From: an uncultured delta proteobacterium
GTDB taxonomy: Bacteria > Myxococcota_A > Polyangia > Fen-1088
Length of the DNA stretch: 64,000 bases
Direction: 5' to 3'
NCBI GenBank assembly: GCA_963737265.1
Contig: CAVTRY010000023.1
Location: 384,001-448,000 of the forward strand
The position numbers and the translations under genes were made by a program. Positions 39,718 to 50,412 of the stretch are shown one piece after another (the first letter of the stretch is position 1; every line of letters begins with the position of its first letter). The notes below the pieces were generated by a model. The model was given only the letters and a program-made list of their open reading frames with translations. It was not told where the DNA came from and made no database searches.

Positions 39718-41193
39718 GTGATTGGGACGACTATCGGCAACTATGAGGTGCAGCGTCTTATCGGAGAAGGCGGGATGGGGAAGGTGTATCTGGCGGTCCA
39801 TCCCGGCATCGGACGCCAGGCCGCGGTCAAGGTACTCACCCCGAGCGACGCGGCGGATCCACAAATCGTCAGCCGCTTCATCACCGAGGCGCGCGCGGCG
39901 AATGCCATTCGCCATCCGAATATCGTCGACATCTACGACTCGGGCGTCATCGAGGGCGGCACCCCGTACATCGTCATGGAGTACCTCGACGGCGAAACGC
40001 TCACCCAGACGCTCGGCCGCGGGCCGCTGGCAGTGGCGGATGCCATCGACTGGGGATGCCAGATCGCCGAGGCGCTCGCGGCGGCACACGCCCACGACGT
40101 CGTGCATCGCGATCTGAAGCCCGACAATTTATTCCTAGTCCCGGATCCGCGGCGCCTGGGAAAGAAGCAGGTGAAGGTTCTCGACTTCGGCATCGCCAAG
40201 CTACAGCGCCGAACCATGGGGCAGGTCCACAAGACCCGCACCGGCGCGCTGCTCGGTACGCCGCTCTACATGTCGCCCGAGCAGTGCATGAGCATCAAGG
40301 ACATCGATGCGCGGACCGACATCTATTCCCTCGGCGTGATCCTGTACGAGATGGTGACGGGCAAGCGCCCTTTCGACGGCGACGGCGTGTATGCCGTCAT
40401 CAGCATGCACGTCAACGACAAGCCGGCGGCGCCCACGACCCTGCGGGCCGATCTGTCACCCGAGCTTGAAGCCATCATCTTACAGGCGCTGGCCAAGACG
40501 CCGGCGCAACGTCAGGGCTCGATGGCCGAGGTGCTGTCCCAGCTGGAATGGGCGCGCGGCAATCCCGCGGCCAGCAGCGAAGCGCTCGCGCGTTCGCAAC
40601 AGGACCGCGTAAAGGCCATTCCATTGCTGCCTTCGCAGCAAGCGACCTTGCCCGAGATCAAGACCCTCGGCGACACCGCGACATCCAAAGGCGTGACCGC
40701 GCAGACGGCGCGCGGGCGGGGCCTGTCCCGGTCCTGGCTGCTGGCTGGCGCAGTCGGCGCGGTGGTTGTCGGCCTGTATCTTCTCGCGCCGTTCGGACGC
40801 AAGACCAATGCCCCGGCGCCGGCCGCCTCCACCCCGCCCGTGACGGTCCCACGCGCTTCCCCGGCATCGTCAACTCATCCCTCTTCGCCCCCATCGGCGC
40901 CCGAGCCGATCGAGCTCGGTCTCGACAGCGTACCAGCTGGAGCAACCGTGTTCGTGGACGACGTTCTGGTCGGCACCACGCCCACGACTTACAAGGTTGC
41001 CCCGACCGACGCGCCGATTGAGTTTGTCTTCCGCATGCCGGGATTCGAACCGGAAAAGATCCGCGCCCTTCCCGCCAGAGGCCTCAGGATCAGTGCCAGC
41101 TTCAGCAAGCCGACGCCCGTCAAACGCGCCGCCGGACCGAAGCGCAAGCATGGCCAAGCGGGATCTTCGAGCGACATCCAATTCGAGCGCTGA
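39718..41193 (+). CDS. membrane Ser/Thr (Hanks) kinase with extracytoplasmic PEGA-like domain
   Basis: GEGGMGKV, AVK, HRDLKPDN, DFG, YMSPEQ; TM helix; DSVPAGATVFVD..GTTP. Confidence 0.95.
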   Translation: MIGTTIGNYEVQRLIGEGGMGKVYLAVHPGIGRQAAVKVLTPSDAADPQIVSRFITEARAANAIRHPNIVDIYDSGVIEGGTPYIVMEYLDGETLTQTLGRGPLAVADAIDWGCQIAEALAAAHAHDVVHRDLKPDNLFLVPDPRRLGKKQVKVLDFGIAKLQRRTMGQVHKTRTGALLGTPLYMSPEQCMSIKDIDARTDIYSLGVILYEMVTGKRPFDGDGVYAVISMHVNDKPAAPTTLRADLSPELEAIILQALAKTPAQRQGSMAEVLSQLEWARGNPAASSEALARSQQDRVKAIPLLPSQQATLPEIKTLGDTATSKGVTAQTARGRGLSRSWLLAGAVGAVVVGLYLLAPFGRKTNAPAPAASTPPVTVPRASPASSTHPSSPPSAPEPIELGLDSVPAGATVFVDDVLVGTTPTTYKVAPTDAPIEFVFRMPGFEPEKIRALPARGLRISASFSKPTPVKRAAGPKRKHGQAGSSSDIQFER

Positions 41194-41203
41194 CGAACCC
41201 GCC

Positions 41204-44093
41204 ATGAAATCGACCTTCAGCGCATTCCTCGCACTCGTTGTGTTTGCCACCTCGCCCGCGACCAAGGCGGAGAATGTCGCCAGTCCGGCGCCGCCGGCGC
41301 CCCTCGTGGAGCAAGCGGATGAAGCGCAGTTCCACTTCCTGCGCGGCAATCGCGCCTACCAGGAGAAGCGATTCGAAGACGCGCTCGCTTCGTACTACCT
41401 TTCCAATCGCAGGGTTCCCAATCGCAACGTGCAGTTCAACATCGCCCGTTGCCTTGACCGGCTCGGCCGCTACGACGAATCCTACCGCGCATGGACCACG
41501 CTGCTCGACCAATCGCTGCCCGACAGGGAAAGGCAGGCGGTGCGCGAGGCGATCGATGGGCTACGCCCCCACCTGGCGTTGCTCGAACATCGCGACCACG
41601 CCACCCGGTGCGACTATCTTCGCCGGCCGCCGCGATCTAGGCGCGCTCGGCATCACGCCGAAGAGCCTATCCCTCCCCGCCGGGCTCACCAAGATCATTC
41701 TCGAACGCGATGGCTATCGGCCGGTCGAGTTGGTTGCCGAGCCGAGCAAGGGAAAGCAGATCAAGCTCTCCACCACGCTGGAGCAAATCTTCGGCGAGAT
41801 CGACGTCCGACGCCTGCCGGAAAACGCCGAAATTCGCCGCAACTTTCTCGACGGCGAAGTTCTTCGCCGCGGACCTGGAAGCGCCAGGATCCTTCCCGGT
41901 CGGTCGGTGCTGTTTGTATCCGCGCCGGGATTCCAAACCGAGCGGGTCGTGGTGGATGTGCTGGCCGATGCCGCCGTTCGGGTCGATGTTCTAATGTCGC
42001 CGGCCGTCGCCCCTACTGGAACCCTGGTGGTGCGGGCAAATATCGCTAGCGCGCTCATCCGCATCGACGGCAAGGAGGCCGGCTTCGCTCCTGCGGTGAT
42101 CGACGGTGTCGCAGCGGGCTCGCGCCTCATCGAGATCCTCGAAGAAGGTCGACAACCGTTCCGCGAAATGGTCGAGGTCAAGCAAGGCGAGCGCGCCTTC
42201 GTCGACGCGCACCTCGGGCACGCGGACACCCAGGTCACGGCGGCAACCAAATCCGCCGTCGCATCGGAGTCGGCGCCCGCTTCCATCACCATCATCACCG
42301 CCGACGAGATCGCGGCGTTCGGCTACACCACGCTGGTCGAAGCGGTCAACGCCGTTCGCAGCACGTTCACGTCCAACGACCGCAGCTATGAATCGATCGG
42401 CTTTGGCGGCTTCTCGCCGCCGAGCGACTACACCAAACGCGTGTTGGTGCTCGTCGACGGCCATTCCGTCAACGACGTCGTGACCGGCCAAGCTTATGTC
42501 GGTCACGATTTCGACGTCGATTTGGCGAATGTGGCGCGCATCGAGATCGTCCGCGGTCCGGGCTCCGTGCTGTACGGAACAGGCGCGCTCTTCGGCGTCA
42601 TCAACGTCGTCACCCGCCGCGCCGGCCTTGGCATGCACGCGGCGGTCAACACCACGGCCGGCACCATGGGAGTGGCGTCAGCGCGCGCAACCGCCAGCGC
42701 GCGAGCGGGTAACGCCGATGTGATGGTCAGTGTCGGTGCCATGACTAGCGACGGAGACGTTCGCTTCGTCGTGCCTGCCGACATCTACACCAACGTGCCG
42801 CAAACCGTATTGAACGCGGACGGCGAGCGGGCCTTTCACGCCGATGTTATCGGCCACCTGGGGCCCTTTTCCTTGCGCGGCGGCTACAACGATCGAAAGA
42901 AGAACCTGCCGACCGATGCCTATGATACGCGGCCGTGGCTCGGCACCAGCCATCTAGACGATCGCCGCAGCTATGCCGAGATTCGCTTCGATCAGGATTT
43001 CCAACACTTCCATCTGGCGGCACGCGCCGCTTACGACAAGAGCGCCTTTCACGGACACTACGTCGGCGACGGAAGCGCCGACGACCCAACCAGCGACGAG
43101 GACATCGGCGCGCAGTGGATTACGGGCGAGTTGCGCCTCGAAACGCCAGTTTTCATGCGCCAGCGCTTCACCTTCGGCAGCGAGATCGCAAAACAGATCC
43201 AGCTCCTGACCGCCAATTTGGGAGGCCCGCCCATCGCAAAGGATCTCGTCGCCTCAGCTTATATCGTTGACGATATCGAGGTGACGAATCGCCTGCATGT
43301 CAACGCGGGTCTGCGCAGCGATAGCTACACCAAGAGCTTCGGCACCACCCTCAATCCGCGCCTTGCTCTCGTCGGGAAACCGTACCTTGCGGGCAACACC
43401 AAGCTTCTCATCGGGCGCTCGTTCCGCGCGCCATCGCCGAATGAGCGTGCGGACACACCCGACGGCACCCTACGCCCAGAGGTCATGTCCAGCGTCGAAA
43501 TCGAGCACACCCACGCGGTTAGCGACGACGTGCGCATCGTCGGCGCGCTGTTCGCAAACTGGCTGAACGATCTCATCTTCGAGGTCAACGACCCGCAAGC
43601 CGGAATCATCTACCGGAACAATAGCAACCAGGTGCGCAGCCTGGGGGCCGAAGGCGAGCTGCGCTGGGAGCCCGGGGGAGGCACACTATTTTCCGTTGCA
43701 CTCACGCGCCAGAAGGTCGAGGAGTTGTCGCCCACGGGAAACTCGCCTTTCCTCAATGCGCCGGACACGCTCTTCAAGATGCGCGCATTATGTCCGCTTG
43801 TCGGCTTGGCGTTGCGATTCGGCACCGAGCTGGTGCTGGACTCGGGTCGACACTTCCTCCCGACCGACACGAACGCACCCGCGGCGGATAATCGCGTGGA
43901 CGATGCCGTCCTGTGGAATCTGAGTCTGTCCGGCGAGTACCGCGCCTTTCGCCTGCGCTATTTCGCCGGCATGTTCAACGTGCTCGACGTGCACGATCCA
44001 CGCGCCGGGATCCCCACCAGCATCGATTTCCCGCTCGCCTTGATTCCCCGCTACGGCAGGTCGATGCGAGCCGGGCTGGCTTGGACTTTTTGA
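41204..44093 (+). CDS. TPR-PEGA-TonB-dependent receptor fusion, with a +1 frameshift near 41586 (possible sequencing error)
   Basis: Signal peptide and TPR (FNIARC) in one frame; PEGA domains, plug RIEIVRGPGSVLYGTGALFGVINVVT and barrel ending LAWTF in another; deleting one base in gaac (41585-41588) joins them. Confidence 0.85.
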
Positions 44094-44343
44094 CTCGAAA
44101 TCGCCGCCATACCGTGCGCTTCGTCACACCTTAGACGTCCGCGTTACTACCACCGCGCGGGTTAGGGTCCGTTTTGACGTTGGATCGTCATGGCCTGCCG
44201 CTTTTCTAGGCCGTTTTTGTGGTAGAGGGTTGTGGCGAACCCCGTGTGCGTCGCGCCAGCATGATATACACATTCAATAGTATTTGGGAGTACAGTATAT
44301 GGCGATATTTAGTCCTATTGTCGCACAGCGCAGGAGTAAGTCC

Positions 44344-47300
44344 ATGTTGAATTACAAATCGCGTCGTTCACTGACGTTCTTGTCGCTCTCCTCGGTCTGG
44401 ATCGCGGCATCGCTGCTGTCCGCAGGCTGCCAAAACACCGCTGCGCTGCCCGGCCAGACGGCCGACGGGCCCTCTGCAGGAGGTAGTGGTGGTACCACGA
44501 CGATCGTAATTCCTGACGGCGGCATCTCTTTGTCACAGGACGGTGGCTGCATTTCGAGTTGCACCCCTGCAGGCGGCCAATATTGCGGAACCATCCTCGA
44601 TGGCTGCCAGGGGACCCTCAGCTGCGGCGCGTGTCCAGCGGGCCAACCCTGCGTCGGCGGTGTGTGCGCCAGCGGATCGGGTACCGATGCCGGCGCGCTG
44701 ACATCGTGTGTGGTCACGGGCGGAAGCTACTGCGGAACGATCGGAGACGGGCTGGGCGGCCAGCTCGTATGCGGTGCCTGCAAAGCTGCCGGCTGGGTCT
44801 GCACAAGCGGCGTCTGCACCGCCGATTCCACCGTTTGCCAGGCGAGCACCTGTGGTACGGGCGCCGACAAATACTGCGGCAAGGTCGGCGACGGCTGCGG
44901 ACATGCCCTCGATTGCGGCGGCTGCGCCGCCGACCAGGTCTGCACCAACAACCAGTGCGTGCCCGCCGTTTGCGTGGCCACGACCTGCAATCCCACGGGC
45001 GGGCAGTACTGTGGTGGGGTGCTGGGCGATGGCTGTGGCGGCACGATAACCTGCGGCGACTGCACCACGGCCGGATGGACGTGCCAGGATCACCTGTGCA
45101 AAGGCGGAGCCTCGTGCGCTCCCCTCGCCTGCGGCTCTGGCTCCGGCAAGTACTGCGGGACCATCGGCGACAACTGCGGCAACAGCCTGGATTGCGCCGA
45201 TTGCATCGCGGGTGAGACCTGCGTGAGCAACCAATGCGTGCCGACGAATTGCACACCTCTCACCTGCAACCCCACGGGGGGACAGTACTGCGGCGGCAAA
45301 ATCGGCGACGGCTGCGGTGGAACCCTGGATTGCAGCACGCCCTGTCAGACGGGCTGGGTGTGCTCCGGCAACCTCTGCGTCGGGGATTCGACGTGCATGC
45401 GGCTTGCGTCTTGCGACAACGGTACGCCGTTCAACTATTGCGGCGATATCGGCGACAGTTGCGGCGGCACGCTTCACTGTGGCGCCGATTGTGCCGCCGG
45501 CCAAGTTTGCGACACCGCGAAAGGCCTGTGCAAGGGCGATACGACCTGTGTTCCCACCAAATGCACGAATGGAACAATTTTCAATTACTGTGGCGACATC
45601 GGCGATGATTGCGGCGGAACTCTCCACTGCGGCCAGGACTGCGCCGATGGGCAGGCTTGTGACAGCACGACAGGCCTATGCAAAAGCGACGCCACTTGCA
45701 CACCCGTCGCTTGTCAAAACGGCACTTCCTTCAACTACTGTGGCGATGTCGGCGACGGCTGCGGCGGAACTCTTGCATGCGGCGCCGACTGCGCTGCACA
45801 CCAGTTGTGTGGCGACGATGGAATCTGCAAGGGCGATGGGACATGCCTGAGCTCGACCTGCACCAACGGAACCTCATTCAATTATTGTGGCGACATAGGC
45901 GATGGCTGCGGCGGAACTCTCTCGTGCGGCACCACCTGCGGCAGCCATCAGGTGTGCGGCGCCGACAAATTGTGCAAGGGCGATAACACGTGTAACCCGG
46001 TCACGTGTGTGACTGGGACTGCATTCAACTACTGCGGCACCATCGGCGACGGCTGCGGTGGTGCGCTCGCGTGCAGCAACAACTGTGGAACCGGGAAGAC
46101 CTGCGACACCACCCAGGGCCTATGCGTGGGGGATGCGACCTGCGCGCGCGTGACAAGTTGTAGCAACAGCACCCCCTTCAACTATTGCGGCAAGATTGGC
46201 GACAATTGCGGTGGAAGCCTGAGCTGCGCGACGGACTGCGGCGTAGGCAAGGTCTGCACGAACAATGTCTGCAAGGGCGACGCAAGCTGCACACCGCTGA
46301 CCTGCAAGCCCGCGAGCGGCGGCCAATACTGCGGCGGAACCGTCGGCGATGGCTGCGGCAACTCGATAAGTTGCACCGATGCGTGTCCGACCGGCACGGT
46401 CTGTAGCGGTAATGTTTGCGTTTGCAATGGCGGCCTTGTCTGTCAGGTCGCCCACTGCGACGCCAGCTCGACGACCGTCACGGGAGTCGTCTACGACCCG
46501 GCGGGCGTGAATCCGCTCTACAATGTCATCGTCTACATCCCGAATACCGCCCTCGATCCCATCACGCACGGCCCAACGTGCGACCAATGCGCCACACCGT
46601 CCGGCGAGCCCATCGCGGCCGCGTTGTCGGGCGCCGACGGCAGCTTCACCCTGACCAATGTTCCGAGCGGAACCAATATCCCCATCGTCTTCCAGCTGGG
46701 GAAGTGGCGCCGCCAGGTCAAGATCCCAACGGTGAACCCGTGCGTGGAAAACGATGTTCCCGCCAGCCTCACCCGCTTGCCTCGCAACCAGAACGACGGC
46801 GACGCCGGCACGGTGTCGTTGCCCAAGATCGCCATTACGGCCGGACACGCACGGACCGCGGATAATAGCGTGACCGAGCGATTGCAGTGCTTGCTTCAAC
46901 GCATCGGGGTCAGCGCCACGGAATTTACACTACCGGGCGGAGCCGGGTCTGTCAGCCTTTACAACCAGTCGAATGGTGCGGATTCCTGCAATCAGGTGAC
47001 CGGCGGGAACGGAGCCTTCCCGGATGCGACCACCACCCTCTGGGACAGTCAAGCCCATCTCAATCAGTACGACATGGTTTTGCTCAATTGCGGCGGCGAT
47101 CAGGGCGCGTCCGACCCCAACAATAACAATGTCTATATCTCCCACCCAGATGCCGTCACTCGCATGAAGACCTATGTCAACGCCGGGGGACGAGTCTTCG
47201 CCGAGCATTACCACTGGGATTGGATCAAATCGGTCGCGAACTATCCTTCGACATTCGGCGAGCTCGCGACCTGGAACGCACAAACCGACGTCATCGGCCC

Positions 47301-48051
47301 GAACCCGCGCAACACCTTGGTCGATGTTTCCTTCCCGCGCGGTGTGGCGTTCGCCGAATGGCTGAAGGACGTTGGCGCCTCCACGATTCAGGGACAACTG
47401 ACCATATCGAGTGCGGTCAAGTACACCGCCATCGACCAGATTAACCCGCCCTCACAGCGGTGGATTTACGAGCCCGCCAACCCGGCGGCGCCAACTGGCG
47501 CCGCACAATATACGCACTATTTCAGCTTCGACACGCCGGTAGGCGTGGCGCCCGCCAGTCAATGCGGTCGTTTCGTGTACACGGGTTTGCACGTAAGCGA
47601 CGCTGCGTCGGTTGGCTTCCCCGGCGACCCGGACACGACCTCGGGAAACACCTTCCCTGGATGCTGCGCTGCCCGAACACTGCTCTCGCCGCAGGAGAAG
47701 GTTCTCGAGTTCATGATCTTCGACCTCTCATCCTGCATCAGCAACATCAACTTGCCGCCGCCGCCACCGCCAACGACGGCGATTCCCGCCGCAGCGCCGC
47801 CGGCCCCACCGCCGCCCGCACCGCCGCCGCCGACCTTGCCGGCTAGCCCCTCGCCACCTCCCGCACCGCCACCGCCGCCACCGCCGCCAGCGGCGACAAC
47901 ACCACCCGTTCCGCCATCACCGGCAGTGCCGCCACCGCCACCGCCACCGCCGCCCGTCGCGGCACCGGCACCGCCAGCAGCGCCACCGCCGTCGCAATCG
48001 CCGCCGCCACCACCACCACCGCCGCCCGTGCCAGAACAGTACATCCCGTAA
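44344..48051 (+). CDS. giant Cys-rich repeat lipoprotein with carboxypeptidase-regulatory-like domain and Pro-rich tail
   Basis: AGGAG RBS; lipobox LSAGC; 13 YCGxxGDxCGxxLxC repeats; VTGVVYDPAG.NPLYNV; QEKVLEFMIFDL; poly-Pro C-terminus. Confidence 0.85.
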   Translation: MLNYKSRRSLTFLSLSSVWIAASLLSAGCQNTAALPGQTADGPSAGGSGGTTTIVIPDGGISLSQDGGCISSCTPAGGQYCGTILDGCQGTLSCGACPAGQPCVGGVCASGSGTDAGALTSCVVTGGSYCGTIGDGLGGQLVCGACKAAGWVCTSGVCTADSTVCQASTCGTGADKYCGKVGDGCGHALDCGGCAADQVCTNNQCVPAVCVATTCNPTGGQYCGGVLGDGCGGTITCGDCTTAGWTCQDHLCKGGASCAPLACGSGSGKYCGTIGDNCGNSLDCADCIAGETCVSNQCVPTNCTPLTCNPTGGQYCGGKIGDGCGGTLDCSTPCQTGWVCSGNLCVGDSTCMRLASCDNGTPFNYCGDIGDSCGGTLHCGADCAAGQVCDTAKGLCKGDTTCVPTKCTNGTIFNYCGDIGDDCGGTLHCGQDCADGQACDSTTGLCKSDATCTPVACQNGTSFNYCGDVGDGCGGTLACGADCAAHQLCGDDGICKGDGTCLSSTCTNGTSFNYCGDIGDGCGGTLSCGTTCGSHQVCGADKLCKGDNTCNPVTCVTGTAFNYCGTIGDGCGGALACSNNCGTGKTCDTTQGLCVGDATCARVTSCSNSTPFNYCGKIGDNCGGSLSCATDCGVGKVCTNNVCKGDASCTPLTCKPASGGQYCGGTVGDGCGNSISCTDACPTGTVCSGNVCVCNGGLVCQVAHCDASSTTVTGVVYDPAGVNPLYNVIVYIPNTALDPITHGPTCDQCATPSGEPIAAALSGADGSFTLTNVPSGTNIPIVFQLGKWRRQVKIPTVNPCVENDVPASLTRLPRNQNDGDAGTVSLPKIAITAGHARTADNSVTERLQCLLQRIGVSATEFTLPGGAGSVSLYNQSNGADSCNQVTGGNGAFPDATTTLWDSQAHLNQYDMVLLNCGGDQGASDPNNNNVYISHPDAVTRMKTYVNAGGRVFAEHYHWDWIKSVANYPSTFGELATWNAQTDVIGPNPRNTLVDVSFPRGVAFAEWLKDVGASTIQGQLTISSAVKYTAIDQINPPSQRWIYEPANPAAPTGAAQYTHYFSFDTPVGVAPASQCGRFVYTGLHVSDAASVGFPGDPDTTSGNTFPGCCAARTLLSPQEKVLEFMIFDLSSCISNINLPPPPPPTTAIPAAAPPAPPPPAPPPPTLPASPSPPPAPPPPPPPPAATTPPVPPSPAVPPPPPPPPPVAAPAPPAAPPPSQSPPPPPPPPPVPEQYIP
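44578..46420 (+). repeat. 13 degenerate ~45-50 aa Cys-rich repeats
   Basis: Recurrent (Q/K/N)YCG.(I/V)GD.CG..L.C, counted by eye; boundaries approximate. Confidence 0.85.
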
Positions 48052-48067
48052 GACCGACGTTGATCCG

Positions 48068-48118
48068 CCAGGCCCCGAGGCTGAGCCGCGAAAGCGGCTG
48101 CCTCGTCCGAAGGCCTGG
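48068..48118. terminator. nested GNRA-capped hairpin between convergent genes
   Basis: ccaggcc / cgaggc / agccgc-GAAA-gcggct / gcctcg / ggcctgg. Confidence 0.6.
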
Positions 48119-48135
48119 GTCTGGCGCACAAGAAA

Positions 48136-49245
48136 CTATCGAAAGACGCGCCGGATCATCCGCCACATCCGCGCCACAATCCCCTGTCCGGGCTTGCGTG
48201 CCGAGGCCGGAGTCAAGCCCTTGCCCGCAGCTTGCCTCGACGACACGAGCACCCTTTTTGTGTCCTCCGGCACCGCCGGCGACGGATCGTTGTCCTCGGT
48301 GGCCGCGGTCTTGTGTTTGAGTGACTCATCGACGTGTCGCAAGATCTGGCGTGCTTCCGGCTCGACTGCTGCCATGGTTTCTGCGCCTAGATTGAGCTTG
48401 GCGCAGGCAATCGAGAGCAGCGCGGGATCGTTTCCATCGCAAGCACCGACTCCAAAATCGACCGAGAATCCGAGCTTCGCGACTAGTGCGTCGGCAATGA
48501 CCACGACCGCAGACAGCGAAGGCGCGGACGCCAGTGTGGCGCCACGGTGGTGGTGAGACACGACCTCCGCGACTTCATCCGGCAGCTTCCACAGCCGAAC
48601 CAGCATGGCGGAGACATCCTCGTGTGTCTGGCGAACGACCTCTTCCAGCACCTTGGCGTCGAGCGGGGCTTCGCTCTTGGCTCGCTCGCCAAGCACGATA
48701 AGAATGGCCGCGATGCCAATGTCATGCAAAAGGCCGCACAAGAACGCGTTTTCGGGATCTTGCCCCGCGCGCGTCGCGAGCAGACGGCACAGGTTGGCGC
48801 TTGCAGTGCTGTGCCGGCGCAACTGCTCCATGATTCCGGAATACTCGACGGATCGAAACACCCGCATATGCAGGGCCAGCTCAAATACGATTTCGCCTAG
48901 GTTCTTGAGTCCAAGGCGGAGCACGGCGCTGCGCAAGGATGTCTCGGCATCTCGGCCGCGAAAGATCGGCGAATTCGCCACCTTGAGAACGTGTCCCGCC
49001 AGCATCGGGTCGCTTTCGAGCACCGCCGTCAGCTTGTCGGTGTCGATGTCCGTCCGACAGGACAGCTCGTGGATCTCCAGCGCCACGCTGGGAAGCATGG
49101 GGGGCTTGTAGCCGGTCGAGCCGAAGACACGGCGTAAGCCTTCGGCAACGCGCAGCACCGTGGCAAGCGGTGGAGGCGCCTCGAGAGCCTCGGCGATCCC
49201 AGGATTCGCATAGGCCGTCGGCGCATTAGACTCGACCGGGCACAT
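48136..49245 (-). CDS. HDOD-domain protein
   Basis: PMLPSVA, DPMLAGHVLKVANSP, AVLRLG, FLCGLLHDIG, WKLP...HH. Confidence 0.92.
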   Translation of the reverse strand: MCPVESNAPTAYANPGIAEALEAPPPLATVLRVAEGLRRVFGSTGYKPPMLPSVALEIHELSCRTDIDTDKLTAVLESDPMLAGHVLKVANSPIFRGRDAETSLRSAVLRLGLKNLGEIVFELALHMRVFRSVEYSGIMEQLRRHSTASANLCRLLATRAGQDPENAFLCGLLHDIGIAAILIVLGERAKSEAPLDAKVLEEVVRQTHEDVSAMLVRLWKLPDEVAEVVSHHHRGATLASAPSLSAVVVIADALVAKLGFSVDFGVGACDGNDPALLSIACAKLNLGAETMAAVEPEARQILRHVDESLKHKTAATEDNDPSPAVPEDTKRVLVSSRQAAGKGLTPASARKPGQGIVARMWRMIRRVFR

Positions 49246-49407
49246 TCATTCTCCGCCTCTAAGGCATCGTAGGTTTTGGCAGTTTTCTTGAGGTGCCTGG
49301 TGCGCCACATGCTTGGCAAGGTTCAACCGCCGCAGGAACCACACATCCGCCGTGCCGATTGGGACATCTCCCATCGACAAGGTATGCTTTCGGCGAGGAG
49401 CTCCCCT

Positions 49408-49932
49408 ATGGACAAGACTGAAAAACTCTCCCTCATCACCCAGTACCAGTTTGCCGTCGATCTCCTGATCGACTTCGTGAAAAGCATTCCCACCGCCGCC
49501 ATCGACTTTCGCCCCAGCCTGGTGGGGGCCTGGACCATCCGCGACCACGCCGTCCATTTCCTAGATGCCGATACCTTTGCCTACGATCGCATCCGCCTGA
49601 CGGTGACCCAGCCTGGCGTGGAGGTCTTCGTGTGGAACGAAGAACTTTGGCAGGAACGGGCCAAGTATGAAACCGCCGACGCGCTGGCATCGCTGGAAAT
49701 CGCGCGCGGGCTGCGAACCGTGACCTCCGCCATGACCAAGGCCTTGGTGGATTCGGACTGGGAATCCTACTACGTTCGCCACCCCCAGCGCGGGCGCATC
49801 ACCCTCAACGATTTGCTCAAGCTCTACACCGATCATGCCCAGTTTCACCTGAGCTACTTCCGCCGCAATCTCGAAGCCTTCAAGGGGGAGCATCTGGGAC
49901 ATCAAGGCGCGCATCGGCCGGGTGGCGCCTGA
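49408..49932 (+). CDS. DinB/YfiT-family protein
   Basis: GAWTIRDHAVHFLD...RIR...HPQRGRITL...HAQFH; GAGGAG RBS. Confidence 0.82.
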   Translation: MDKTEKLSLITQYQFAVDLLIDFVKSIPTAAIDFRPSLVGAWTIRDHAVHFLDADTFAYDRIRLTVTQPGVEVFVWNEELWQERAKYETADALASLEIARGLRTVTSAMTKALVDSDWESYYVRHPQRGRITLNDLLKLYTDHAQFHLSYFRRNLEAFKGEHLGHQGAHRPGGA

Positions 49933-50344
49933 GCTGCTGCTGCACTACCCCCCGGACTGGTGATGCCTCGACGTAGTCCGTTCGGGATTCTTTGCCTCCG
50001 TGGGGCTCTGCCGTGAGTGCAGCACCGACGAGACGACGCGTGGATGTGCCGTGCTTGCCATGCTTGGCCTAGAGAGCCACCGTCGACAGCGGCTGGCCGA
50101 GCTCTCGCACGGCAACCAGCGACTCGTGCTGCTCGGGCGAGCCCTGGTCGCCAATCCAGAGCTCCTGATTCTAGACGAACCCTGCCAAGGTCTAGATGGG
50201 AGCCACACGAGAATGGTGAACGACGCCGTCGACCGAGCCAGCCGCGAAAGCCACGCCAGCATCATCTACGTGACTCACCACGAGGACGAAATTCCTTCCT
50301 GTGTCACGCGGATTCTCCTCAAGTCCGGTCGCGTGGTCGCCTAA
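49886..50344 (+). pseudogene. ModF-like ABC ATPase C-terminal remnant
   Basis: SIWDIKARIG..., in-frame TGA at 49961, SGFFASVG, LSHGNQRLVLLGRALV.NPELLILDEPCQGLD, YVTHH; no Walker A. Confidence 0.75.
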
Positions 50345-50412
50345 GCGGACCGAAACGGTCTTCTACCGCTGGCGTCAGGCTTCCGCTTGAGGCATAAACC
50401 GAAGCAGACAGA

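Noticed and set aside
48081-48100. Hammerhead ribozyme (CTGA...GAAA)
   Set aside because: No CUGANGA core; the GAAA is a tetraloop rather than a junction strand
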